From: Segetibacter sp.
Lineage (GTDB): Bacteria; Bacteroidota; Bacteroidia; Chitinophagales; Chitinophagaceae
Length of the DNA stretch: 64,000 nt
Assembly (NCBI GenBank): GCA_031424295.1
Contig: JANPHE010000273.1
Location: forward strand, 1,832 to 65,831
Direction: 5' to 3'
The first letter of the stretch is position 1, and every line of letters starts with the position of its first letter. This document shows positions 46,967-57,527 of this stretch, piece by piece. The position numbers and the translations under genes were made by a program. A model generated the notes under the pieces. It was not told the origin of the DNA and searched no databases. It saw only the letters and a list, made by a program, of their open reading frames with translations.

Positions 46967-47701
46967 ATGAGTATAAGTAATCTACATTCTTTATTTGATT
47001 TGTTTTTGATAGACATAGAAACAGTTCCTCAGTTTATCGATTATGTTCATCTTCCTGTTGATGTGCAAAAGTTATTCATTGACAAGGTTTCAAAAACAAT
47101 GCCAGATGGATTTGATTATCAGGAAGCATATCATCATCGTGCAGGTATACTTGCCGAATTTGCAAAGGTAATCTGTATTTCAACAGGTTTTTTTTACAAA
47201 GATACTGGTGACAGAATTTGCTTGCGAATTAAAAGCATTTATGGCAATAATGAACAGGAATTGCTAAATGAGTTTATAGAATTAACCAATCGCTTTAGGT
47301 TAACAAAGCCAAAATTTGAATATGCCGGACATAATATAAGAGAATTTGATATACCATTTTTGTGTAGAAGAATGATGGTCAATCAAGTGGAATTACCTTC
47401 TTACTTGCAAATTTATGGTGCAAAGCCATGGGAAATAAAGATGACTGACACCCTTCAATGGTGGAAATTTGGCGATTATAAAAACTATACTTCTCTACAT
47501 TTATTGGCATGTACACTAGGAGTGCCTACTTCAAAAGATGACATAGATGGTAGAATGGTTCAGGATGTATATTACAAAGAAAGCAACCTACAACGTATTG
47601 TAAATTATTGCCAAAAAGATGTGGTTGTGGTTGGTAGATTAATTCAGCGATTCAAGAGCCTGCCAATGTTGGAAGATGAGCATATTTTTATCGTAGATTA
47701 A
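46967..47701 (+). CDS. DnaQ/PolB-exonuclease-like 3'-5' exonuclease
   Basis: FLIDIETVP (Exo I), GHNIREFDIPFL (Exo II) and YCQKDVVVVGRL (Exo III, DEDDy-type). Confidence 0.7.
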   Translation: MSISNLHSLFDLFLIDIETVPQFIDYVHLPVDVQKLFIDKVSKTMPDGFDYQEAYHHRAGILAEFAKVICISTGFFYKDTGDRICLRIKSIYGNNEQELLNEFIELTNRFRLTKPKFEYAGHNIREFDIPFLCRRMMVNQVELPSYLQIYGAKPWEIKMTDTLQWWKFGDYKNYTSLHLLACTLGVPTSKDDIDGRMVQDVYYKESNLQRIVNYCQKDVVVVGRLIQRFKSLPMLEDEHIFIVD

Positions 47702-47865
47702 TGTACTCCAATCATTTTGTTGCTCACTATTGATATTTTTTTTACTATTCTATTATTTTTTGAAGTTTGATTTTATTAAAATCGAGATTACCAATATAAC
47801 ATTGATTTTGCTTTAATTTAATTTGCATATAAAATTATCGAAATTAAAGTTCATTCAGCATATAA

Positions 47866-48771
47866 TTAAGCCAAATCGAATTCACCTTTATTCCTTTTTA
47901 AATCTGCATATAAATGCTGAATCAAACCGTCAACAAGTCCAATTTTTGGAACATAAATATCAGTAGCATCCGCCCAGCGCATCACCGCAATATATATTTG
48001 TAATGCAGGAATTATTACGTCTGCCCTATCTTCCCTAAGCTTATATAGCCTCATTCTATCTTTTAAAGAAACACTATAGATTTCTCTATGAAAATCTTTT
48101 AAAAAATCTAGGGTCAACGATTTACCTTCTTTCTTTTTACTCATCGAAAATATCTTATTAATATTTCCACCGCTTCCAATAGCTACTATCTTCTGAATTC
48201 CTTTTGTTTTTGTTTTAATTACTTCCTTCATTTCGTTCCATTGTTCATCTTGCACTTGATTTTTAAGCAATCTGATTGTTCCAATATTAAACGATTGCTT
48301 ATACTGCAATTTTCCTTCGCCAAAAAAACTTAGCTCTGTACTGCCTCCACCCACGTCTATATAAATGTAAGTGTTATCAGAGTCCATATTTTCGGCTACA
48401 TGGTTTTCGTATATTACGGTTGCTTCCAAATCGCCGCTAATTATTTCAATTTCTAAGCCTGTAGCTTCTTTAACTTGTTGTATTATTTCTAAACTATTGG
48501 CAGCATCCCGCATGGCACTTGTAGCACATGCCTTTACATGATCTACCTTGTAGACCTTTAATAGGCTACTGTATGCTTTCATGGCATTAATAATCATTTC
48601 CGTTTTTTCAGGAGAGATGAACCCTTTTTCAAATACATCAAAACCCAACCTTAGTGGCACTCGCACAAGGTTTAGTTTGCTAAAAAAAGGTGGATGACCT
48701 ATTCCCTCAATTACTTCAGCGATTAATAATCTTGAAGCATTACTTCCGATGTCTACAGCAGCTAGTATCAA
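47866..48771 (-). CDS. Ppx/GppA family phosphatase
   Basis: The ASKHA-fold phosphate loops are AAVDIGSNASRLLI and IDVGGGSTELS. Confidence 0.8.
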   Translation of the reverse strand: MILAAVDIGSNASRLLIAEVIEGIGHPPFFSKLNLVRVPLRLGFDVFEKGFISPEKTEMIINAMKAYSSLLKVYKVDHVKACATSAMRDAANSLEIIQQVKEATGLEIEIISGDLEATVIYENHVAENMDSDNTYIYIDVGGGSTELSFFGEGKLQYKQSFNIGTIRLLKNQVQDEQWNEMKEVIKTKTKGIQKIVAIGSGGNINKIFSMSKKKEGKSLTLDFLKDFHREIYSVSLKDRMRLYKLREDRADVIIPALQIYIAVMRWADATDIYVPKIGLVDGLIQHLYADLKRNKGEFDLA

Positions 48772-48820
48772 TGCGCTTTGGTTTTAATAATGATGCGAAA
48801 GTAATTCACTTAGTCAATGT

Positions 48821-50314
48821 TTATTTTTTCCATTTTTCAGTAGCCTTGTAGTACAACTGCATGGCATCTGGCGTTAATTCAAAATAAAAAATTCCAGTTG
48901 CTAAAATAGCAGTAAATGTAATGCTTCTTCCAATTATGGCATTTAATCCGTGCATATTGCTAAAAAATAACCATGTAGCGCTAAATGCTACCCCCGCAAG
49001 TAAAATAGAATAAACAGTTTTTATATTGAAAGGCTGCATATTAAATTTCCTCCTGAGGTATTCAAACCGGATATAGTTATAAATGGTGTAAGATATAACT
49101 TCAGCATAAGCTGAGCCAATAATGCCATAAGTTTTGATAAGGAAATAGGTAAGTGGGATGCGGAAAGCAAGTAATATAACACCGCTAATAAATTCAAATC
49201 TCCAGAAAGTAGAAGTTCCAATAATAATATTGTTTACGCCTGTTCCTGCATCTATTAAACGGGCTATACCTAAAACAAAAATGACCGAAATGCCTGCTTT
49301 GTATTCTTCTTGTATGCTAAATACATCGAAAGCATCATAAATATTCAACCAAATATTTGCAAATATGAAAATGCCCATCAATAATAAATTGATGCAACTT
49401 CTCCCGTATATCCTGTTTATTTCTTTATAGTTCTTATCCTTCCAAGCCTGTGATAATATGCCTGTCGATATGGATTGTACACTACGTTGGGGCACTTGAA
49501 CCAAGTTGGCTGCAAACTGCGCCAACGTAAAAACGCCAGTACTTCCTAGTCCTTTTAGGCTAGAAATAAGTAAGGTATCAATTGTTTGCGAAACTACATT
49601 GACCATCACACCTCCTGAGGTAAGGCTCCACATCGCAAACATTTTTTTCTTAAACCTATTGGTTACTTTACTTGGGCTAAATGTAATGTATAGCTTCTTA
49701 AGCTTGACTATATAAAGTAGGATAATGATAAATAGTATAAGATAAACAAATGCAAAAAGCTGAATGAATGAATTGAAATCAACAAGTTTGCATAGGTATA
49801 AAATAATCAATAACAAAATCAGGAAACGCATCCCGGTTTCTTTGAGAGTATTTGATACAACTGTTTTGTGTAAGCACCAGCAAAAAGCCTCCAGCACAGA
49901 AAAGAATAACATGCCAAATCCGAACAAAAAAATCAAATAATAATACTCTAATATAAGAGGTGATCGCTGAATAAATTTTTTGACAACCAACGGTTCCAAC
50001 AAATACCCCCCTATAAGGACCAAAACAAAACCGATGAGCGATCCAAGCAATGTCCATGTAAGCAGATCGTTTTTTTTATCGTCTAAATTGTCTTTGTAAT
50101 AGGGATAAAACTTAAACATTACAGGCAGAATGCCTAAGCTTCCAAAGACAAAAATATTCTGCCCTAAATCGTAGAATACTCTGGTGAGTCCATATTGTTC
50201 CGGAGTGAATGAACCTGTGCGGGTAAAGAAATAGGTGTTGACTGCTCCAATAAAAAATCCAATGTAAACCAATGAACTACTAAGAATAGCCTGTTTTCGA
50301 ATATTAGCCATCAA
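48821..50314 (-). CDS. MOP-superfamily polysaccharide/oligosaccharide flippase-like membrane protein
   Basis: 497 aa with ~14 predicted TM segments and the overall layout of Wzx-like polysaccharide biosynthesis proteins. No diagnostic motif is visible. Confidence 0.55.
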   Translation of the reverse strand: MMANIRKQAILSSSLVYIGFFIGAVNTYFFTRTGSFTPEQYGLTRVFYDLGQNIFVFGSLGILPVMFKFYPYYKDNLDDKKNDLLTWTLLGSLIGFVLVLIGGYLLEPLVVKKFIQRSPLILEYYYLIFLFGFGMLFFSVLEAFCWCLHKTVVSNTLKETGMRFLILLLIILYLCKLVDFNSFIQLFAFVYLILFIIILLYIVKLKKLYITFSPSKVTNRFKKKMFAMWSLTSGGVMVNVVSQTIDTLLISSLKGLGSTGVFTLAQFAANLVQVPQRSVQSISTGILSQAWKDKNYKEINRIYGRSCINLLLMGIFIFANIWLNIYDAFDVFSIQEEYKAGISVIFVLGIARLIDAGTGVNNIIIGTSTFWRFEFISGVILLAFRIPLTYFLIKTYGIIGSAYAEVISYTIYNYIRFEYLRRKFNMQPFNIKTVYSILLAGVAFSATWLFFSNMHGLNAIIGRSITFTAILATGIFYFELTPDAMQLYYKATEKWKK

Positions 50315-50330
50315 TGAATTTTGGTGAAAA

Positions 50331-52022
50331 TTAGTGTTTTGCTTTTACTTGTTTCAATTCAATGTAGTATCTCTTTTCAACAAGCGGTGCAAAAGCATCC
50401 TTAATATCAGTATTTGGAAGCGTTATTTCGCTCCAACTTTGTTGAATGGGGATAGAAATCCTGCTGCCATTTATGATCAAATTAAGGGGCATTCTAAAGC
50501 CGTTTACCACGTTCTGCCAGCGGGTAAACAACTTCTTATTATTTTTAGAGATATAGTATTCTAATACCGGCACTTGGGTTGCTCTCAGGTATTGATCGAA
50601 TATTTTTGAAAAATCTATTCCGCTATTTTTTGAAATATAGCTTTCTATTTGTTTGGTTGAAACAGTCTGATGATAAAAGGTTTTGTTTAAGCCTCTCAAA
50701 ATATTTCTAAATATAGAATCATTGTTAATCGTATTCCTTATTAGGTGTATCATGTTACCTGCTTTGTAATACATGTCAATGCTTCCTTCCTTGTTTACGC
50801 CATAATTTCCTATGATTGATCTGTCATTTTTAATTCTCTTTCTTATGCCAAAGCAATATTCATCTCCAGCAAGGCTTCCCGAAAGGAATGAAGTAAATAG
50901 CGTTTCACTATAATTTGCAAAACCTTCATGAATCCACATGTCAGCTATATCTTTTGAGGTAATATTGTTGCCAAACCATTCATGTGCACCTTCATGTTCT
51001 ATAATAAAATCCCATAATAATCCCCAACCTGTTTTACTTAGATCTTTTCCATTATAACCATTTTGGAATTTATTTCCATAAGCGATGCCACTTTGGTGTT
51101 CCAGGCCCAAAAACGGGGTTTCTATTAATTTATATCCGTCTTCATAAAATGGATACTTACCAAACCAAAACTCCTGATTTCTGATGATGGGTTTTACTTG
51201 AACAAAATGTTTTTTCGAAGTATCCAAGTTGTAATTGAGCACCCAATATTGAAGATCGAGTACGCCATTTTCACCATTCAATGTATCGTTCCAATTGACA
51301 TATTTTCCAATATTCATCGTCACGTTGTAAGTGTTGATTGGGTTAGTGACTTCCCATTTCCATTTTTTTAGTCCATTGCCAAATGGGGCAACCTCAATTA
51401 ACCTTCCATTACTGATGGCAGACAATGTATCTGCAACTACGATGTTTACAACTACACCACTGTCGGGCTTGTCACTTTGGTGATCTTTGCATGGCCACCA
51501 GGCACTTGTACCAATGCCTTGAAAGGCTGTAGCGATAAATGGCCGTCCCAAAAGGTCTTCTTTCCATACTATGCCGCCATCCCAGGGAGGATTTTTTGCA
51601 GAAAATGGAACGCCATGATAGAAGAATGTAAGTTGGCGAATACCAGGAGCAATTTTATAAATGGCAAGGCTATCTCTGTGAAAAATAAAGCACACATTAT
51701 TTTCTTGAATGTAGGCGACCTTGTTGTTATTTTGGTCTAAAACGCTATCCATTATCAAGGGTTGTTGAAGGTCTATCTGCATCGTTTTTACAGACACTGA
51801 TTCAAACCAGGTCATTATCACCTTACCAACAAGCGAATGGTTTGCAATATTCGGTTGAAAGGTAATGTCATATTTGAGCACATCCCAGCCTTGCCTGTAT
51901 TTTGTTATACTACCTCTGAGTGTATCGTATTTTGTAAATATTTTCTTTTCTTTCAATAATTGTGCATTGGAAGAATGAAAGGAAAATATTGAAATGATGA
52001 AAAACGATAAATAATGTTTCAT
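50331..52022 (-). CDS. M1 family metallopeptidase (aminopeptidase N-like)
   Basis: HEGAHEWFGN (HExxH) followed by WIHEGFANY (the third zinc-ligand Glu). The signal peptide starts at MKHYLSFFIISIFSF (ATG at 52022); the ORF track extends to 52043. Confidence 0.85.
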   Translation of the reverse strand: MKHYLSFFIISIFSFHSSNAQLLKEKKIFTKYDTLRGSITKYRQGWDVLKYDITFQPNIANHSLVGKVIMTWFESVSVKTMQIDLQQPLIMDSVLDQNNNKVAYIQENNVCFIFHRDSLAIYKIAPGIRQLTFFYHGVPFSAKNPPWDGGIVWKEDLLGRPFIATAFQGIGTSAWWPCKDHQSDKPDSGVVVNIVVADTLSAISNGRLIEVAPFGNGLKKWKWEVTNPINTYNVTMNIGKYVNWNDTLNGENGVLDLQYWVLNYNLDTSKKHFVQVKPIIRNQEFWFGKYPFYEDGYKLIETPFLGLEHQSGIAYGNKFQNGYNGKDLSKTGWGLLWDFIIEHEGAHEWFGNNITSKDIADMWIHEGFANYSETLFTSFLSGSLAGDEYCFGIRKRIKNDRSIIGNYGVNKEGSIDMYYKAGNMIHLIRNTINNDSIFRNILRGLNKTFYHQTVSTKQIESYISKNSGIDFSKIFDQYLRATQVPVLEYYISKNNKKLFTRWQNVVNGFRMPLNLIINGSRISIPIQQSWSEITLPNTDIKDAFAPLVEKRYYIELKQVKAKH

Positions 52023-52154
52023 TGCAGGCAAATATCTGAACATATGATTTGTAAATTAGGGGTATTATTAAAGGCAATCATTGTTTTATGCAATAATTGT
52101 GGAGCATTCCGCTTATAAGTTCATATTTGTGTTTGATTTTGTAAAAAAATAATA

Positions 52155-53057
52155 ATGTGGGAAGCATATAAAAAAGGATTTAAGGCCTATCTACAGTTGG
52201 AAAGATCTTTGAGTGATAATTCGATAGAGGCATACTTGCGTGATGTGGATAAGTTAACTACTTACTTATTAGTTAACCATCAAAAGAAGAGCCCGGCTGA
52301 ATTAGATTTGAAAACATGCCAATCGTTTGTAAAATGGGTAGGAGAATTAGGTATGACAGCAACTTCCCAAGCAAGAACTATTTCAGGGATTAAAGGATTT
52401 TATAAATATTGTCTGATAGAAAATATTTCTCAAGTAGATCCAACATCATTGTTGGAAGCTCCAAAACTAAAAAGAAGCTTGCCAGATACCCTGAGCTTCA
52501 TGGAAATTGAATCTGTAATAGGAGCAATAGACCAAAGTAAGCCGGAAGGGGTTAGGAATAAGGCCATTTTGGAAACAATGTATAGTTGTGGTTTGCGGGT
52601 TAGCGAAATTATTAATCTCCAAATCAGTTGTTTGTACATGGATGTTGGCTTTGTAAGGGTAATTGGGAAAGGAAACAAAGAAAGATTGGTACCAATAGGA
52701 TCTGAGGCAATAAAATATATTAAGATATATAAAGACAATGTTCGAGTACATATTCCTATAAAAAAAGGATGTGATGATTATCTTTTTTTGAACAAAAGGG
52801 GCGGGCAATTATCAAGAGTAATGATTTTTTATATTATAAAAGAGCTTGCTGGTAAAGCTGAAATCAATAAAAATATTTCTCCGCACACCTTTCGGCATTC
52901 TTTTGCTACACATTTGGTAGAAGGTGGTGCAGACCTTAGAGCGGTACAGGAAATGTTGGGGCATGAGAGTATCACTACCACTGAGATTTATACCCATCTA
53001 GATCGAGATTTTTTAAGAAACACCCTCCAACAGTTTCATCCTGCATTTAATCGATGA
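52155..53057 (+). CDS. xerD: Tyrosine site-specific recombinase XerD
   Basis: YSCGLRVSEI (Arg I), HTFRHSFATHLVEGGADLRAVQEMLGHESITTTEIYTH (H-x-x-R ... H ... Y) and an N-terminal SAM-like core-binding domain. Confidence 0.85.
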   Translation: MWEAYKKGFKAYLQLERSLSDNSIEAYLRDVDKLTTYLLVNHQKKSPAELDLKTCQSFVKWVGELGMTATSQARTISGIKGFYKYCLIENISQVDPTSLLEAPKLKRSLPDTLSFMEIESVIGAIDQSKPEGVRNKAILETMYSCGLRVSEIINLQISCLYMDVGFVRVIGKGNKERLVPIGSEAIKYIKIYKDNVRVHIPIKKGCDDYLFLNKRGGQLSRVMIFYIIKELAGKAEINKNISPHTFRHSFATHLVEGGADLRAVQEMLGHESITTTEIYTHLDRDFLRNTLQQFHPAFNR

Positions 53058-53187
53058 TTTATGTTGCCAACATTTGTTGTGGATAACCATTTATTTATTT
53101 GCTATATCAGGCATCAGCTTTAATTATTTCTGTATCTTCAATTTCAATTGATTTTGCTTATTGTATTATTTTTCTAAACCCCTTCTT

Positions 53188-56100
53188 ATGAGACTGCTTC
53201 TTCTCACCTTTTTAGTGTTTTTATTTAATTTATCAACATTCGCTCAAACTGACATTGTTATTGGAACAGGAACAGCAGGCAACTCTGCATCCAATTATCC
53301 TGCACCATTTCAGGATTATTATGAAGGAAGCAGGGCTCAATACCTATTTACTGCTGCAGAATTAACCAGTGCGGGAATGAGCGCCGGCAACATCAGTTAT
53401 ATTAAGTTTGAAGTGACTGGATTAAATACTTTTTCCGGTTCTATTGAGCAATATCAGGTTGGAGTTGGTACCACAACAAATGGTAGCCTTACAACTACGA
53501 CGTGGGAAACAGGTACAACTCCTGTATTCGGGCCTGTAAATTATGTTCCTGTTTTAGGTACGAATACGTTAACCTTTGCTACACCATATTTCTGGAATGG
53601 TACTGATAACCTTGTTATTGAAATATGTAATGGAGATCCCGGTAATGCAACTTCTGTTACATACACCGATAATGTAAATGTTCCATGGACAACAGGTTTA
53701 TCCTTTAACGGATCGCATACTTATAGGTCGGATAACCTTGGTAATCTATGCGGCACAACCAATGTACTTAGTTATGGTACTCCGACCAGCAGGCCAAATC
53801 TTACATTTGGATGGACTGTTGCGACTACTACTGGCTGCTATTCTCCTACATCCATTATAGTTTCTGGTGCAACTACAACTGGTGCTTCTGGTAGCTGGAG
53901 TGCCCCTTTATCTGGTACCACCCCAGTACAATACAACTGGGAGGTTAGATCAAGCGGTGCAGCAGGAAGCGGAAGTACAGGATTGGCAGCAAGTGGAAAT
54001 AGTACAACTAATTCAGCAACCATTACTGGCTTAGCTTCTGCAACAAATTATACATTATATGTTCGTTCTGATTGTGGAAGCAGCAATACAAGTGTTTGGA
54101 GTGCTTCACAGTTGTTTAGTACACTTTGTACGCCAGCTACTATTCCATATACTGAAAATTTCGAATCTGCAGTAATTCCTTCTTTGCCTGTTTGTATGTC
54201 AAAAGAAAATGCCGGTTTGGGAAATGAATGGAATATTGTCACCAATCCGGGTTTTGGGTTCACTACTCAGGCAATGAAATATGCTTATAATTCTACCAAT
54301 GCTGCCAACGCATGGTTTTATACCAAAGCATTGAACTTAACTGCCGGCACTTCTTACAGGCTAACCTTTAACTATGGTAATAATGACAACACATATGTAG
54401 AAAGCCTTGAAGTGAAATATGGCACCGATGCGTTGTCTACCTCTATGACTGATTTAATTGTTGATTATCCAGCTATTAATAACGCTGCAATATCTTTATC
54501 TAACACAGATTTTACGCCAACAACTACAGGCATTTATTTTATAGGATTTCACGTTTATTCTATACCTGATCAGTTTGATTTGTATGTAGATAATATTTCA
54601 GTTACAATAACGCCTACTTGTGATGTGCCGGCTAATATTTCGTCATCCAATCTTTCTTCAACCGGGGTACAACTAGATTGGAACACACCAGCAATTGGTA
54701 CTCCAACGGCATATAGTATTTACTATAGTACAAATAATACACTGCCTACAGGTTCAACTACTCCTCAAGTAAATGTAACTGTTACCACAGCTACTATTAC
54801 CGGATTGACGCCAGCAACAAAATATTATTATTACCTGAGAACCACATGTGGCACTTCAGGAAATAGTACTTGGACAGGAATAGACAGTTTCACAACAAAA
54901 TGTGTTGGTGTTACAAATTTCTCGGAAAATTTTGATGCAGTTGTTTCTCCTGCTTTGCCAACTTGCTGGGCTAGGGTAGGAACGGGGGGAGATGTGTACA
55001 CTCAATCAACCAATTTCAACTCCGGTCCTAATACTGTGTATTTATCTTCTTCAAGCACAACGAGTATGGGAATGCTGGCAATGCCTCCATTGTCTAATGC
55101 TGGTGCTTCAACTCATAGACTTGTATTTAAAGCAAGGGGTCAATTCTCACCTAATATTAATCTTGAAGTAGGATACCTAACCGATCCTTCAGATTCATCT
55201 ACATTTAATTTGTTACAGACAATCGTAGTGACAACAACATCTTACTTAACCTATATTGTAGAACCGGGTAATGCTCCAGGAACAGCAGAAGTGCTAGCGT
55301 TTAGAAATTCAGGATCTCCAGCATATCCGGTTTTGATAGACGATGTAATATGGGAAGCTATTCCTTCGTGTTTAAATCCAACAAGCCCTGTAGTTTCAAA
55401 TATTAGTACAACAGGTGCTCAAATCGATTGGTCGCCTCCAACTAGTGGCACCCCAACCGGATACCAAATTTATTACAGCACCAGTAATACATTGCCTAAT
55501 GCTTCAACTACTCCGAGCGTGACTGGTATTACTACTACAACAGCCACCGTTGCGGGTTTGATTTCTGCCACTAAATATTACTTCTTTATAAGGTCAGATT
55601 GTGGTACAGCTGGCAAAAGCGCCTGGACGGATATTGATAGTTTTTCTACGGCATGCAGTGCAGGTACTGTTCCTTATTCAATTGATTTTGAAGGCGCATT
55701 AGGGTTGCCTATATGTACAGCTGTTGAGAATGCAGGAACAGGAAATCTTTGGTTCGTAGTGAATAATCCGGGAAATGGGTTTACAACAAATGCGCTTAGG
55801 TATGCTTTTAGTTCGACTAGCCCGGCAGATGTTTGGTTCTATACAAGGGGTCTTACATTAACAGCAGGAACTTCTTACAGGCTTAAGTTTAAATACGGCA
55901 ATAATTCTACAACTTATGTAGAAAGTATGGAAGTGAAGTATGGCAGTAGTCCATCGGCTTCTTCCATGAGTGACCTGGTTGTTGATTATTCGAGTATTAC
56001 AGGGGCAACATTATCTCAATCTACAACTGATTTTGTGCCAACTACAACCGGGGTATATTACCTTGGCTTTCATGCTTACTCAATAGCTGATCAATGGAAT

Positions 56101-57471
56101 TTGCATCTGGATGATATTTCAATTGATTTAACTCCGGCATGTAATGAGCCAATTAATTTATTTGTTGACCCAACGCTTACAACAACCACCACAGCTTACC
56201 TTACATGGGATCCACCTACTACAGGCACTCCAACCGGCTATGATTTGTATTATACAACTTCAATCGTTCCGCCTACTTCAACAACAACTCCCAATATTTC
56301 TGGTCTTACACTTCCATTCTATCCTTTTACAAACCTAACACCTGCAACCACTTACTTTGTATATGTGAGAAGCGTGTGCGGTGCAGCTGGGGCAAGTACA
56401 TGGAGTTTAAGGGATACAATTAATACCAGCTGTGTGGCTGTCGCTTCTTTTACCCAAAACTTTGATGGAGTGACTGCTCCAGCTTTGCCAAATTGCTGGG
56501 CTCAGGTCGGGCAAGCCGGTTTGTTGAATACCCAGGCTACAACTGCATCTTCTTCCCCAAACACACTATATATTTATTCTGGTGCTGCTTTCGATATAGC
56601 TATGGTCTCATTGCCGCCTGTGACTTCTGCTAGCACCGCTGACCATTTCTTGCAGTTTGATGCCCGTGCCAATTTTACAGCGGGTGGTGTCATTCAATTT
56701 GGCTACCTAACAACTCCAACAGATCCTTCAACATTTGTATTCATTGATTCAATTATTGCTTCAACAACTACTTATCAGCCATTTACATTATTGCCCGGTC
56801 AGATTCCTGGTACAGGTGATGTAGTTTTTGCATTAAGACATTCTGGTAGTCCTGCTAGAAGTGTTTTAATAGACAATGTACAATGGGCTGCTTTGGTGCC
56901 TGTAAAACTAGTGTCTTTTAATGGCGAAAGGCAAGAAGGTATAAATTTACTATCATGGTCAACAGCAAATGAGCAATCAAATAAAGGGTTTGAAGTACAA
57001 AGATCCATTGATGGTATTCATTTTGAAACAATCGGATTTGTAGCATCTAAAACATTTGGTGGCAATTCAACTTCATTGCTAAACTATTCCTATAAAGATG
57101 AAAATCCATTTACTGCGCTTACTTATTATCGGTTGAAGCAGATTGATAAAGATGGAAGGTTTAAAAATTCAAATGTAATTTCAATTAAAGGCATTAGGGT
57201 AAATCAGATTTCTTTGGAAGGCATTTATCCAAATCCTACAGCTTCAGGATTAAACATCGTGATGTCCTCTCCGGTTAACGAAATTGTTCAATTAATTATC
57301 ACTGATTTGACGGGCAAAATACTTATTAACCAAAGAAGGCAATTAATGGTTGGCGACAATAAATTTACCATTAATGTTGAACCATTAGCTAGTGGTACTT
57401 ACATTATAAAAGCTATTTGTAACAATGGTTGCGAAACCAGTAAAATGAAATTTATTAAGAATTCGAAGTAG
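53188..57471 (+). CDS. Very large T9SS-secreted multidomain protein (FN3-like plus lectin/MAM-like modules, C-terminal sorting domain)
   Basis: Signal peptide MRLLLLTFLVFLFNLSTFAQ. There are four FN3-like units (G..L.W..P..GTPT.Y.IYYST.NT.P...TTP...TT.AT..GL..AT.YY...R..CG), each followed by a ~160-aa beta-sandwich-like unit. The C-terminus LEGIYPNPTASGLNIVMSS...GTYIIKAICNNGCETSKMKFIK matches the Por secretion tail (type A CTD). Confidence 0.85.
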   Translation: MRLLLLTFLVFLFNLSTFAQTDIVIGTGTAGNSASNYPAPFQDYYEGSRAQYLFTAAELTSAGMSAGNISYIKFEVTGLNTFSGSIEQYQVGVGTTTNGSLTTTTWETGTTPVFGPVNYVPVLGTNTLTFATPYFWNGTDNLVIEICNGDPGNATSVTYTDNVNVPWTTGLSFNGSHTYRSDNLGNLCGTTNVLSYGTPTSRPNLTFGWTVATTTGCYSPTSIIVSGATTTGASGSWSAPLSGTTPVQYNWEVRSSGAAGSGSTGLAASGNSTTNSATITGLASATNYTLYVRSDCGSSNTSVWSASQLFSTLCTPATIPYTENFESAVIPSLPVCMSKENAGLGNEWNIVTNPGFGFTTQAMKYAYNSTNAANAWFYTKALNLTAGTSYRLTFNYGNNDNTYVESLEVKYGTDALSTSMTDLIVDYPAINNAAISLSNTDFTPTTTGIYFIGFHVYSIPDQFDLYVDNISVTITPTCDVPANISSSNLSSTGVQLDWNTPAIGTPTAYSIYYSTNNTLPTGSTTPQVNVTVTTATITGLTPATKYYYYLRTTCGTSGNSTWTGIDSFTTKCVGVTNFSENFDAVVSPALPTCWARVGTGGDVYTQSTNFNSGPNTVYLSSSSTTSMGMLAMPPLSNAGASTHRLVFKARGQFSPNINLEVGYLTDPSDSSTFNLLQTIVVTTTSYLTYIVEPGNAPGTAEVLAFRNSGSPAYPVLIDDVIWEAIPSCLNPTSPVVSNISTTGAQIDWSPPTSGTPTGYQIYYSTSNTLPNASTTPSVTGITTTTATVAGLISATKYYFFIRSDCGTAGKSAWTDIDSFSTACSAGTVPYSIDFEGALGLPICTAVENAGTGNLWFVVNNPGNGFTTNALRYAFSSTSPADVWFYTRGLTLTAGTSYRLKFKYGNNSTTYVESMEVKYGSSPSASSMSDLVVDYSSITGATLSQSTTDFVPTTTGVYYLGFHAYSIADQWNLHLDDISIDLTPACNEPINLFVDPTLTTTTTAYLTWDPPTTGTPTGYDLYYTTSIVPPTSTTTPNISGLTLPFYPFTNLTPATTYFVYVRSVCGAAGASTWSLRDTINTSCVAVASFTQNFDGVTAPALPNCWAQVGQAGLLNTQATTASSSPNTLYIYSGAAFDIAMVSLPPVTSASTADHFLQFDARANFTAGGVIQFGYLTTPTDPSTFVFIDSIIASTTTYQPFTLLPGQIPGTGDVVFALRHSGSPARSVLIDNVQWAALVPVKLVSFNGERQEGINLLSWSTANEQSNKGFEVQRSIDGIHFETIGFVASKTFGGNSTSLLNYSYKDENPFTALTYYRLKQIDKDGRFKNSNVISIKGIRVNQISLEGIYPNPTASGLNIVMSSPVNEIVQLIITDLTGKILINQRRQLMVGDNKFTINVEPLASGTYIIKAICNNGCETSKMKFIKNSK

Positions 57472-57493
57472 AGTATCATAACTCAAGGGTAAC

Positions 57494-57527
57494 GGGCTGC
57501 TTTTTCTAAAGCGGCCCTCTTTTTTTG
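57494..57527 (+). terminator. Rho-independent terminator after the T9SS cargo gene
   Basis: gggctgc (57494-57500) pairs with gcggccc (57511-57517), with one G-U pair, followed by tcttttttt. Confidence 0.75.

Noticed and set aside
52155-53057. Tyrosine recombinase as a marker of an integrated mobile element
   Set aside because: The sequence and size fit chromosomal XerD. No flanking direct repeats, tRNA target or cargo-like genes are visible.
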